The notes beneath the pieces are model-generated. The model worked only from the letters and a program-made list of their open reading frames with translations. It made no database searches and was not told the DNA's origin. Positions 24,405-36,265 of a stretch of DNA of 43,897 nt are shown here, piece after piece. The stretch comes from Halocafeteria seosinensis (lineage: Eukaryota), in contig LVLI01000250.1 of assembly GCA_001687465.1 (NCBI GenBank), positions 62,001 to 105,897 on the forward strand, read 5' to 3'. A program made the position numbers and the translations under genes. The stretch's first letter is position 1. Every line of letters begins with the position of its first letter.

Positions 24405-25302
24405 CTACTGTGGTTCGGCTGGAGATGAACCTTCGGTCCCGCTCGTTGATGACTTCCTTGTTTTACGTCTGTTCTTCTTTGCCTTGCCTTCTTTTGTGAC
24501 TTGCTCAGTCTTTTGCTTCTTCGGAGGTAACATTGAGAGAGGATTCGGGCCCTTCGGTCCCCGCTTCTTCTTCCTTCGTCGTTCTTCTTCTCCAGTAATA
24601 GCCTTGACTAGCTCGCGTTCTTGAGATGTTGCACCACTCTTCGACTCTTGTTCCTGCAAGTTAATGAAACCAAGTGCTCTTGATAATCTGCTGCTTCTCA
24701 TTGTCCAAATAACGTACCTTTGTGCTTTTAGTTAGTGATCCTTTACTGGGCGCTTCGAGCACAATCACATTCTGGTTCATATACATGGTAGGTATCCCAC
24801 CATAATTGCGCAGCTTCGTTCTAAGTCGAAAATCCTGTGTAGCAACCAGGTAATGATCTTCGTTCTTCCGGCCTACGAGGAATTGAATGCTCTCGTGGGG
24901 ATCCACCTGCTCCTCCTCTGAGTTTGCTGCAGCATGCGCTCCCGCTGGCGGCGCTGGTCGTTCGCCATCAGGGACAATCTTGAATGTCTTTGCCGTTCGA
25001 AGTGTTTCTTTGGCAGCATCACCTAAGCTTTGAAGCTCACGAATGACTGCCTCAGGGACGAGTAATTCCACTGATGCTTCATCTAATACCTTCTTCATTT
25101 GGCGTTCCAAGGGCAATTTGACATGGACGCATTGATGAATGAAATTTCCATCCAGTAAGACCTGCACATGCTACCATATATATACGACTGGCTAAGCTGC
25201 TGACTGCAGCATTCATCGTACCTTATAAGGAGGCTTTATATCGAAGTTTATACGGTAGTAGCGTAGAGTCCTCCGGTACTCCTTTTGTCGCTTGATTCTC
25301 AT
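24405..25302 (-). CDS. UTP23: rRNA-processing protein UTP23 (PIN-like; 3 exons)
   Basis: MRIKRQKEYRRTLRYYRINFDIKPPYK|VLLDGNF, YLVATQD, GIP and the C-terminal KGPNPLSMLPPKK. Confidence 0.92.
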
Positions 25303-25762
25303 TCTTTCACCACGCCTCAACCAATAACAATTCGCTCACACGGGCAAAACACTTCCAATTTTTAGGATATTCCCATTGCACAATCGCAATCCTTCGAATA
25401 AGCAGCTACAATACAGTCGGGAATCAGGCCTGTAGGTTGAAGTTCCGAGCCAGAGGAATTTGACTGCAATTTCAACACATGTAGGGGATACTGACTTGAT
25501 GGCATTTACTAGCGTACTGTTCTTTTTTCCCAAGTTAAGATCGAATTCCTCAGAGCTCTCGGTCCTGAGGAAAAACAGGGTGTGTGTGTGGGTAACATGC
25601 ATGAAGTGGTCAGTGGTGTTAGTGGTGTCACATGATGTAGACAGTGTACAATGTACAAGAATGTACCATGGTAGTACAATGAGAAACACATATCGTCAAA
25701 ATCAATTATTTTTATATCACTAAAAGACAAACTACTTCCCATATTTGAGTGTTCTCGTCTGG

Positions 25763-27652
25763 TTAACCGATAAAAGACTCTACTGCGTCAAAGACATCAA
25801 GATTCGCCTTTGGTGCGTCTGCACTGCTAAATGGGCCCCAGAAGCTATCGTCACCTTTGTTTCGAATTTCAATATTTCTGCATTCGGATAGAGTCAAGCT
25901 AAAACGAAGTTCCTTCATTCGTTGACATGCTTCTTGGCGTGCTTGAGCAACATTACCGCCATTCTTCCTTACTTCGACCAAGTAAAGCTCAGAGTCGAGT
26001 TCTGAGACAATATTCTTAACATGCTCGTCTACATCTGAACCTGAGGCTTCTAAGAATTCAAACCCTTCGGTACGCTGAAGCGGATTTGCTTTCGCCAAGA
26101 AATCATGAGTGTTTGGGCAGTGAAATGCAGCATATGAGTCAGGGGAATCTTCGGCCTTCTGGAAGAGGTATTTTGCAAGAAAGGCTGGATATCTCTGAAT
26201 CGATTTGGGAATCCAGCAGATCCAACTATGGGTATCCTCGCTCTTTTGTTTCCGCGCAAATATCAGGTTGTGATCATGTATCAAAAATTCTTGAAGTGCT
26301 CCTGGAAAGTTGCTGTCAATCTGGTTTCGAAAGCCAATATAGTCCGGAACAAGACTCCAAGCGCTACCAGTCTTTGCATCGGCCAAGTCGGTTGCAAGAG
26401 AATCTCCCGCGGTTTTCCATTGAATACATAGAACCGCTTGGTTGTCTCCACCCCATTCATTCAGATTCCACATTGCCTTCTGTAGTTCAGCAGGGTCTCG
26501 CTTTGGTGCTAACCCCGGGGTACTCTTTCGCGAATCGAACAAGTCTTCCAGAGAGACCTTCTCATCTACACCGTCTGTATGAAGTATGAAGACATCTCCA
26601 GGCTTGTGAGTGTGTACGATAATTTCAGGTTCAAAACGGCAAGGTCGAGCTAGCGACAGATAAGTTTGCTGAACTTTTGTGTTTGTACTGAACCGTTCCT
26701 CGTCCATATCCTCCCACACGAAATCGGCCATTTCATTGAACTCCAGGAAGGTCTGTTCCACTACCTTGCAGTGAAGGTCGCCGATATTTCGTGTGCAGGC
26801 AACATAGTTATATGCACCAATACCAACCTGTGTACGAAATCCCCCATAACCATCGAACAAGTAGTGTCCTTCAACGCTGAGTATGTGGGCCTTTTCCGGT
26901 TCCTCGTCCGCAGCATGGTTTTTGGCCCATTGTCGCTCTGTGAATCCTAAGTATTCTTGCATTCTTTCCGGAGTGGAGGATTCCGTGAAAACTGGTAGCT
27001 GCCGCTTCTTCTGCCCTCTTGTCTTCCTCATCGAGAACTGTTGACATGTAACCGTGTCGCAAAATTTCGCAGTGAGGGACTGAACGTCGGAAATATGTCT
27101 AGTTTGACTGTCACCAAGATGGATCTGAACTGCCTTGTCAGGGTATAAGATGAGTATCTCCAAGGTGGATCCATCGTGGCCCTTCGGACCCTGTCTGCAA
27201 AATGTGCCTTTGGTCCATCGCTGGCCTTCCATGGCTTCCAATTGCATTGCTTCACGACGGCGACTCAAGTGATGCTTCCATGGATTGAATAGTATTCGTA
27301 ATTCCAACTCAAGAAATATTTGTTTTAGTACAAACGGGTCATCCAACGAGTCCTGATGCTCTTGGAGTGCACCTGGAAGTAGCTCCACAAGTCTATCCGC
27401 AGTCCAACATCCACCATGTCCATCTGCTATTCCAAACGCCGCTACCGGTCCTTCCGTCTTCTGCTCAAAAAATACCATAAAGGAGCGGTCTTCCATGCAA
27501 TTACGAGTACTGCACCGCTCCAACTGCAAAACGTCTAAGTACATATTCCTATTGCTGATAGGCAACGAACTGTCACGGGAACGGGAAGGGGAACCCGACA
27601 CACTATGCTCAGTGCGCTTCCACCACAAATGTTTAGTACTACAACCAAACAT
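25763..27652 (-). CDS. Divergent PP2C/PPM-family phosphatase with ~200-aa C-terminal extension
   Basis: RNCMEDR, FGIADGHGG, DGST, HLGDS, TRNIGD, ILHTDGV and GGDNQAV appear in canonical PPM order in a 629-aa ORF; the start codon is uncertain. Confidence 0.82.
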   Translation of the reverse strand: MFGCSTKHLWWKRTEHSVSGSPSRSRDSSLPISNRNMYLDVLQLERCSTRNCMEDRSFMVFFEQKTEGPVAAFGIADGHGGCWTADRLVELLPGALQEHQDSLDDPFVLKQIFLELELRILFNPWKHHLSRRREAMQLEAMEGQRWTKGTFCRQGPKGHDGSTLEILILYPDKAVQIHLGDSQTRHISDVQSLTAKFCDTVTCQQFSMRKTRGQKKRQLPVFTESSTPERMQEYLGFTERQWAKNHAADEEPEKAHILSVEGHYLFDGYGGFRTQVGIGAYNYVACTRNIGDLHCKVVEQTFLEFNEMADFVWEDMDEERFSTNTKVQQTYLSLARPCRFEPEIIVHTHKPGDVFILHTDGVDEKVSLEDLFDSRKSTPGLAPKRDPAELQKAMWNLNEWGGDNQAVLCIQWKTAGDSLATDLADAKTGSAWSLVPDYIGFRNQIDSNFPGALQEFLIHDHNLIFARKQKSEDTHSWICWIPKSIQRYPAFLAKYLFQKAEDSPDSYAAFHCPNTHDFLAKANPLQRTEGFEFLEASGSDVDEHVKNIVSELDSELYLVEVRKNGGNVAQARQEACQRMKELRFSLTLSECRNIEIRNKGDDSFWGPFSSADAPKANLDVFDAVESFIG

Positions 27653-28083
27653 ATTGTTCCTTCTTTACTTGAACGCAAACGACGAAACAAAGATCTCTCT
27701 ACGAACGTAAAGAAGTTACTTCCGACTTCTGGGACTTGCTGACAGACTGAATAAGCTGAGTTACGATTACATGCACAACTTGTAGTGCACATGCAAACAG
27801 CGCACGCCTATGAAAATACAAACGAGAAGCAAGTCTGAAATCGAAAAACGCCCCTACTTTGACTTCGAAGTCAGGTACCACACACCGCAGTCAGGTTGGG
27901 ACGGGAAGTCTTCGTCCTCAGCTTGAAGTTCTACCCTCCTCTGCGAGTCACTGACGTCAGACATCGTGAATTAGACGGTGTATGCGCATTGATTTGACCC
28001 TAGGTACAATATTGGGAATAGACGGAGACACTTTGTGCAGAGTATGGGGACGATTTTGCTGGCAGTTTGGACCGGCAAGAGAC

Positions 28084-28644
28084 ATGGAAGCAATGAACTC
28101 AGACCAACATGCGGTGCTCTTATTTGATGGAGTGTGCCATTTGTACGTCATTTGCTATTCTACAACACGGTCCTTCTTCTCTGAACTCTTACTAGGGTGT
28201 AATAACTTGTGCAGATGCGATAATACAGTACGCTTTATAATTCCACGAGATCCCGAGGGACGAATTCGGTTTGCACCGATTCAAAGCGAGGCGGGGAAGC
28301 CATATTTGGACCACTTTCAGCTCGATAAGGCCGAAGCTCTAAAATCTTTAATTTTCATTGAAAATGGGAAAATGTACCGAAAATCAGCAGCAGCCGTTCG
28401 GATAGCGCATTATCTCTCGTTTCCGTGGTATTTGCTAGGATATATTGGAAGTGTGGTCCCGCAGTTCATTGGAGATTCCTGCTACGACTTCGTCGCTAAT
28501 CATCGATACCAGTGGTTTGGGAAATCGGATACATGCATACTACCTTCGAAGAATGTCAAAAAGCGTTATTTGCCTGGTGCTGAAAGAACATTGTGGACTG
28601 CGGAGGAAATAGGGGAAGTTACCGGAAAGGAAAAGAATAGCTAG
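28084..28644 (+). CDS. DCC1-like thiol-disulfide oxidoreductase (DUF393); intron 28143-28214
   Basis: Splicing yields LFDGVCHLC (DxxCxxC), RFAPIQSEAG and YDFVANHRYQWFGKSDTC. Confidence 0.9.
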   Translation: MEAMNSDQHAVLLFDGVCHLYVICYSTTRSFFSELLLGCNNLCRCDNTVRFIIPRDPEGRIRFAPIQSEAGKPYLDHFQLDKAEALKSLIFIENGKMYRKSAAAVRIAHYLSFPWYLLGYIGSVVPQFIGDSCYDFVANHRYQWFGKSDTCILPSKNVKKRYLPGAERTLWTAEEIGEVTGKEKNS

Positions 28645-28879
28645 ATGCCAACTACAGTTTAGAGTTAGTATAAAGGTCAAGCTTTTTCGGCGTCACCGCC
28701 TTCTGGAAATAGACGGAATACCGGTAGATGATCCGCTCATGTCGAAAGGACTGAAAGAGCGTCGGTCTGGTTAATGCTCTTGTACCTCTTCTGCGGATTC
28801 TGAGATACCGTTACCATTTATACACAGAAGTATTAGGTTTATCCCACCAGTTGAATGCTAATGTTAATAGATTCGCTAT

Positions 28880-31800
28880 TTATGTAGTTGGATGATCAGA
28901 AGGGAGCTGAGGAAGCTTCTCTTTCCCAGTGGATGAGTCCGTCTCTGTGTCAAGGAGCGGAGCTCGACTGTACACCCGAAGAACGTATTCTCTTTCAATG
29001 TCGGGCTCAAATGTAGAGACGAACAGAACGTAAGGTTCATCGGACGGCTTGATGTCTACTTCTAGTGTTACTTCCCGGGTAGGCATAAATGTCGTCTTGG
29101 CAACTGCCTGCCCAACAAACAACTTGCGAATTCGTTTAACCCCGTTTTTAACTAGCTGCACAGGTAGTCAACCGTAAGAAAATTAGAGCCATTATAAGGA
29201 CCAGTAATTTATCTATGCTTACCATAGGAGCAATTGCCTCAAAATCCCGCCCGCTGCTGGCGCTTTCTTTTTGAGCCAAGTTGACGAAGATTGTGGTAGG
29301 GGCTGAAGGCTTGATTAGATAGTGAGGATTTGTCCAGCAAGTCTCAGGGTAGTTCACGCAACCACCTGCTGTACTGCCTCTCTTCCAGCCTCCGTGCATT
29401 ACGTATCTGTAGTATCCATGACGTAAACAAGATGAGGATTCCGGCAAGAGTCTTGAAAGTGTACGTACCGATGCCATCCTCCTTCTTCTGATGCACTCTT
29501 AAACCGCCTTACAATGTACAGGGTTGCAAAGTGTTCAGTAAAATCCTGGAATGACATCCAAAACGTTCCATCATCGCCATCGGCACCTTGAGGGTCATAC
29601 CCGGTAATCCGTTTCATCCGTTTAGTCCAACTCTTCTTGTCCTTGTCGCCCCACCTGGATACGGTAAGCGAAAAGCCATTGGGTTTTTTATATTCACTCT
29701 CTGTGAACCCTTGAGAAACTTACTTCCCGTTCCATTCGGTCTTTCCATGGGGATTTCGCAGCTGGAGAAGATGGTGTGTGCCGAACTGATCCGCTCCCTC
29801 CACCAGTTTCAAAATCGAATATGCATGTCCGTAAACAATTCCTTTGGAGCTAACATTTGTGTCTTTACCAGCGTGGCTACCACATCCCATCAGGTACCCG
29901 TTTCGGTAAAAGTTCATAAGTTTTTCCCAAAGGCTTCCGTCCATGACCTCTTGTTTGACAGAAGAAGTATTCAACTCCATATTGGAACCGTGCCCACCAG
30001 TAATGTCGACTAAAGCGGTGCAAACATGACCGCCTGCAACAAGGCGAAGCATATATAGCAGCGTAGAACACCGAATTCGGAGTTGATGAATGGCCACTTA
30101 CCCTCTATCACCTCATACTGCCCGTAAAACTTAGCATACGCCTTCTCGAGCAGCATCGACCATAAAGAAGAGTAGTTTCGACTGAAAACAAAAAGGGGGT
30201 AGGCAAGCTTATCTCTTCCAGTGAACTGTCCAGCGTAGAGCTTCTCAGGGTTGTCCCGAGGATAGTACCGGTCACCGTACACAGGTACTCTGAATTAGGG
30301 ATGTCGATAATCAAGGCTACCACATGAACTGAGCGCGACTCGTGCTAACGAAACCTACACCTACCTATCATCAACCAGCACCGGTGTCCAGAGCCCATTC
30401 TTGAAGAACTTCACTACATACGCTCCGGCTGGATTGTATTCCTTTGTAACGAACACCTCATTCAGTATTTCCGGGTGTAGCGCGGCTACAGAGAAGGCAG
30501 CCAAGAGCCAGCAATCTCCTAGAATCCCTTGCTTTACATCGTCCGGATCCCAATCTGCAAAATTGCAACATCATATAGCAGTCAACTGAGTAGTAAAGCA
30601 CTTGGATCACGTACGATTCCCTCGCGGATTCAAGGCCGGACTTATAGCAAAGTGCTCGGGACGCTGCCATTCATCATGCACACTGGCCTTTTCCAAAATT
30701 CCGGGTCCTAGAGCTTCGCCGCCGTCAAACTCAGTGTCAATGAAACGCTCTCCCGTTTCGTTGTATCTGTCCTGGATCTGCTGAAATTTGCGCATCATCT
30801 GTTCGTAGGCCACTTGGTCCACCTCATCAGAATCCGGCTTAAGTTTTTCTCGGAGCTCCTTTTCACGGCGTTCTCTTTCCGTTTCTTCCTGCTCTTCTCT
30901 TCGTCTTCTTTCTTCTTCTTCCTGCTGTCGTCGTTCTTCTTCGCGCTCCCGCTCTTCTTTTTCGCGGCGTCGCCGCTCCAATTCTTCCTCTTCCCGCCGT
31001 TTTCTCTCCTCTTCCTGGCGCCTCCATTCTCTGAGCTCTTCCTTTCGAATTTCTTCTTCTTCTTTGCGCTGTCGCTCACGTTCCTCTTCCTCACGTTTCC
31101 GGCGCTCTTCGTCTTGTCTTTCCCGTTCTGCTTTACGCCTTGCTTCTTCATCCCGTCGTTTTCTTTCTTCCTCTTCACGACGATGCCGTTCTTCTATTTC
31201 CCTCCGACGTTTTTCCTCCTCCTCTTGTCTTCTTTTGCGCTCTTCTTCTTCCCGACGCAGCCTCTCTCGTTCTTGTCGTCTGCGTTCTTCCTCTTCGGCT
31301 TTCCGGTGTCGCTCTTCCTCTTCTCGCTTCCGCCGTGCTTCTTCCAACCGCCGCTTCCGCTCCTGCTCCTCTTGCTCTCGTTGTTTGCGTAGCCTCTCAG
31401 CTTCCTCTTGTTTGCGTCTCTCTGCTTCTTCTCGACGCTTCCGTTCTGCAATTCAGAATATGGAGTAAATCTTGAAAGTTGCATCGAAAAGGAATTGAGT
31501 CTAACAACGTACCAATTTCTTTACGACGTCGTTCCGCCTCATCGCATTCTTGCTTTCTCCTCTTTTCTTCCTCCAGTCGTTGTTTTTGCCATTCTCGATA
31601 GGCACTGTACAACTGCTGAAGATCTTCGTAAAAGTGTTTCCCCACTTGGGTACCATACTTCGTAAATATTTCTGAAATAAGGCTGTCCTTACGCTCAGCT
31701 GCCTTATGGGAGACCCTTAATGCGTTTGTCATAGTGAGCGAGGGGTTTTCGACGTCCTGTACCCCCTCAGCATCGCGAACACCATCGTCATCTGTATCGC

Positions 31801-34800
31801 GCGGGGTGCGAGGTGTGCTAGGATCAGCGCTTGGCAGACGACGGCCTGTAATAAGTGACCAAGCCTTTCTAAGGGTGCTAATGGTCTGGGAAGAAGCCTG
31901 GTCGGTCAAGGATAGGGCGGAGGTTTCTACACTCCATTGCAAAAACTTTGTCCAGTCAGTTTTAATCAGCGTGTCAGCCAGAAAACCACGAGACACAATA
32001 GATCGCTCCAACGACGCCAAAGCAACGATCCATTTTTCATTGGCAACAGATGTATTGTCATCTACGTCTTTTAGCTTTTCGAGTCGCGACTCTTCCGGAG
32101 CTGGAGGAAGAGATGTACCACACTTGCCACAAGAAAGGACGCGTAGCAGATATTTACCAAGCCTAGACCACAAAATGTCACGAAATTGCCCAGTTTGCTT
32201 GCGGAAGCTTGTTTCCCCTGAGAGACACTCTTGTGGCAATGTCAGCAACGTGTTCCACGCCTCAGATACAGACACAGTTTCTACGTCTTCTGTCTCGTCT
32301 TTTTTGAAGCTATGAAGATTGTGTTGAACTCGAGCAGCCGTTTCGGATATTGAATCTTGAAAAATTCGCCACAGCCCACCTTGAAGACTTCGGAGAACGG
32401 TGGCGGTTGCAGGCTCAAAGTCCGACTTGCCACCGTTTGCCTGCTCACCCTCCATTTGTTCCAAAAGCGTGGAAGCCAGGCTGCCTGAAGTGTTATGCAA
32501 AGCTTCACATGACTTGAAGAACCGGTAGTTGCAGCTCCATTGTATGTCTAGCTGATACCAGAAGTATCCCACCTGGGCAATCACCAAAACAATCACTCCG
32601 GCGTAGGCAGGAGAAATGAACACGACAATAGCCATAGACCAAGCAATCACCATCAAGACAGAAACAAATACCAATAGTTGTGGCTGAACCGAGACTGATA
32701 GCCCTCCTGAAGAGCTGTCTGAGTACACGAATGGAGAAGATGTGGTGAGGAGCGTGATGTAAGTGGTGGTTCCGTCGTTCTCGTCCGACCAGAGCCGATG
32801 GCTATATACAAAGTAGACACCGTACGCAAACAGTAGGAACGCGCCTAGAAGGTAAGGAACGCTTATCCACGCTACACCGGCCACATGGTTGTCGAAAGCA
32901 ACAACATCTACGACAGTCATTGTGATGCATCCGATTACGATGGCGGCTAGAATCCCTTTCCAAACCCGTCTCCAGGAAGGAAAAATATAATTGGAATTTG
33001 ACTTGTAATGGTGAAGCGTGGCAAAGGACATTGCAACTAAAAAGAATACCACTGCATCGGACGAAATTCAAGGAATGCAATCATGAGCTGCGACGGATGA
33101 TAACAACTTACCCAGAACAGACACCGTGATCCGAAAATCCCCGAAAATAGACATTCCCAGAATAATGCAACCAAGTAGCAAAAGTCCACTGACACCAATT
33201 CCAGCCCATATGTACCGTCCCGGGCGTTGGCGCTGTCGCACATCATACCAAAAGATACTGCAAGAAAAATATGCATACGACTAAGATAAGAAGATACACC
33301 AGTATGTGAGGACGGCGAGTCTTACCCGGACACAGTCAAACCAAGTATTGCCATGAACCCCACAAACGTGATGACAGTGGCCACGAGTCTGTTTTCACTA
33401 CCTTTTTCCAAGTTAAACACTACAGCATGCAATGCGACGTGAAAGAACAAGGCAAGTGCACCACACCCGACTTGAAACCAATGAAACTCAAGCGTATAGA
33501 TGTAGTGCATAGTTGCGTAGGAAGTCAAAACCAAGGCAGCAATCACCATGCTGACTGACCACCCAATCCATCGAGGGGACAAGCCTTCGGCGATTACTGC
33601 ACCCATCGAAGCCAGCAGCACAAAAAATGATAAACCAAGAAAGAGGTTTTTCCAGTTCTTTTTCACGCTGTCATCCATGTTTACCGTCGATTTGCAACAA
33701 GTAAACAGCGCTTTCGATTTCTTGAGGACAGTTTTCCAACCAAGGCCACCTTCTAGCAGCAAGTCGAAATCTTGTTCCCGCAAGTTAAGGTACAGCAATC
33801 CAGCACTTATCAAGGCGGAAGGTAGAAATGCGGTGATGCCAACTACCACCATGGAGCCAGTGGGGATGAAGATCAGCATCCCTACCAACAAAACGAGCAA
33901 CGCACTAGCCCCTACGGTGACTGTCATGAGCCTCCCTTGGATGGTCGCTGCGTCGGGTGTGGCTTTAAGGCGACTGCGAATGCTCTGTACAGTCATGTAC
34001 ACCGGAATGTACGCTAGCACCAGTCCAGCTGCAGCAATCGCGAACGTCCATTGCTCATGGGCTTGGTCGATAACAAAAACTTCGTTATTAGGAAGATTAT
34101 CAGATGACTCCATGACAAAGGCGAACAGAGTTATTAGTCCACCAAACAGTAGTGTTGCAACTACCAGCACTTCCGCTGCCGTTGTTAATCGGAAATGATA
34201 CCATTTACGTTCTTCATTCGCCTCGTTCTCAGATGCTGATTCTGGTGTCACAGACTTTGTCCTATCGGTACCGAAAGTTGACGCCAGAAGCTTCCTCACG
34301 TTGTTCCTAGTCTTTGTGTCAGACTTTTCCATATTGCGACGCAGGTTCTGAAACGCCTGTCTGCCTGCTAGATGAGCGAGATAAAGGCCTAAGACAAGAT
34401 AGACAAAACTTATACCAAGCAACCAAAATCGCGCTCCGAAGGCGATCACTCCGAATCGGGACAGGAGCGTGGCAAACACTAACTGCTTCAGCGACGTCAA
34501 GACGCGTACCCGTTGAGACAGCATTATGATAATGTCGAACAATACGATGGCTGATGAGGTTGTGAACCCCAAGTAGCGCCCCGAAAAGATTGAGTCTTCA
34601 GCTTCGAAGAAGTTGATGACAATGTAGACAACGAGAACCAGTAAAGACAAACCATACCAGGGAGATATGTATCGATACAGTCGCCCTTCCTGAACGTCCG
34701 ACGGAGACGTATAACAGATCCAAGAAAAAAGATCAGAATTGGCTTTCTGCTTCTTTGGGGGGCTATATTCGTCCACGTCGTTAGTCAACCCCAAGCGGGC

Positions 34801-35792
34801 GACGAAAGTATCCCCTATATTCTCATCCCCTTTACCCCCATCTTTAAATTGCACCTTTACAGCTTCGACAAGCACATCCAATATGGAGAAAACCTGGCCA
34901 AATTCGTGATGTCGGTAGAAGTACAATAGCATAAAAAAACTGTTGATACCTAAGAAGATCCACGAGGCTGCTACGTAGCTGTACTGGAACTTGAATTCAT
35001 TGGAACGTTCGTCAAATACTCCGTTGCCTCGGAAGAGCACAATAAATTGGAATATCCATAGGGCTGTAACGGTAACTACAGCAGTAATCCCGCTGATCCC
35101 GATGTTCTTAAAGTAGTTTACTGTTGCGCGCCAGGGCTGAGCCACATATATCGTCAAGGCAGACGCGCTCTCCCCTTCAGCTCGGGGTGTGGCATTTCGG
35201 GTAGGGCTACTCTGCAGCGTACGTTCAAACTCTTGTTGCAGCTCAGCGAGTCCTTGAGTCCGAACAGTACTCAGACGGTATCCAGTCCTCATCTGACGCA
35301 AAACAGTGTAGCTGATGAGCATTATAGAGGGTATCAAGATCAAAACATATATACCGATGATCGTGGGTTCCACAGACGATGCTGTGGTGATGCCCCTGTA
35401 AGCAATAAAACAAAAAGAGGAGAGCCTGGTCATCCTCAGTGTCCGTCTCACTACCCAACCTCGTGCAATACTTACCAGGCTACTGCCGTAGCTAGACTGA
35501 GGACGGTGGCCAATACCAAGGTTATGTATTGGATAGCAGGGTGCAAACACATGCTATTCGTGTACACCCATGGAATGATTCGACGAAATCGGGGAACTTT
35601 GAAAATGAAAGGGAGTGCGGCGACGACAGATAGCAGTAACCAGGGGATACCAAACCCCAAGAAAATGTCACGAAATGTTTCCGCTTCATCATCATCAAAC
35701 ACGAGTCCAAATTCGTTGAAAATCGAATCCGATCCTGCAATGTCTTCAGTGAGAGACCTTGTGTCCTCACTGGCGCTTGTGACAAACGCCAT
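28880..35792 (-). CDS. Multi-pass transmembrane calpain (DEK1/TML-calpain-like): TM domain + ER/K helix + CysPc + calpain domain III
   Basis: Catalytic triad motifs QGILGDCWLLAA, GHAYSIL and LRNPHG; also LLEKAYAK, DDGTFWMSFQDF, TAGGCVN and STFEP. About 20 hydrophobic segments (estimated by eye) lie in the exons at 32.5-35.8 kb. The start MAFVTS at 35792 is tentative. Confidence 0.88.
30840..31570 (-). repeat. Low-complexity E/R/K coding repeat (single alpha-helix-like) inside the calpain
   Basis: Translation such as EEERHRKAEEEERRRQERERLRREEEERKRRQEEEEKRRRE for roughly 200 aa, spanning a short intron near 31450-31510. Confidence 0.85.
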
Positions 35793-36265
35793 AGTTAGAT
35801 GTCCGTTCAAAAACAAAATGTTGGTGAATTCTGCCTGTTTCACTCTTTCTTGCTCAGATTCAAGCGCCGAGACACTCGTCTGTGGAAGCGGCAGACAAAG
35901 GCACGAACAAGAGAATTGGTTGAGAACCGATTCTTGCTATGGTAGTGCCCTGTGTGTCCCTGTATAAAGGTTCCAAAAGACTAACCGTAAGAAAACGAGG
36001 GGGCGCCCGGATACACTCCCTCACAAGCGCGTGTTTCCCAGTGTATACACTAACAAGAACAAATCCACTACTAATAGTGAATACTAAAGCTTTAAAGACG
36101 AGGATACGTCACGTAGAAACAACTAACAACACTGTATAAGCCTCTAAAACTAGCAAGATCCTCCAAAGACCTTCACAAAGGGTTCATCGTCCTATTTCAG
36201 GCCCCTTGGTAGTCTCCATTACACTGGTATGTCGTATTTACACATTCGCTGATTCTGCAGCATAG

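Noticed and set aside
30814..31475. F/L- and S/R-rich plus-strand ORFs (192, 134 and 111 aa)
   Set aside because: They are antisense shadows of the GAA/AGA-rich ER/K repeat of the calpain.
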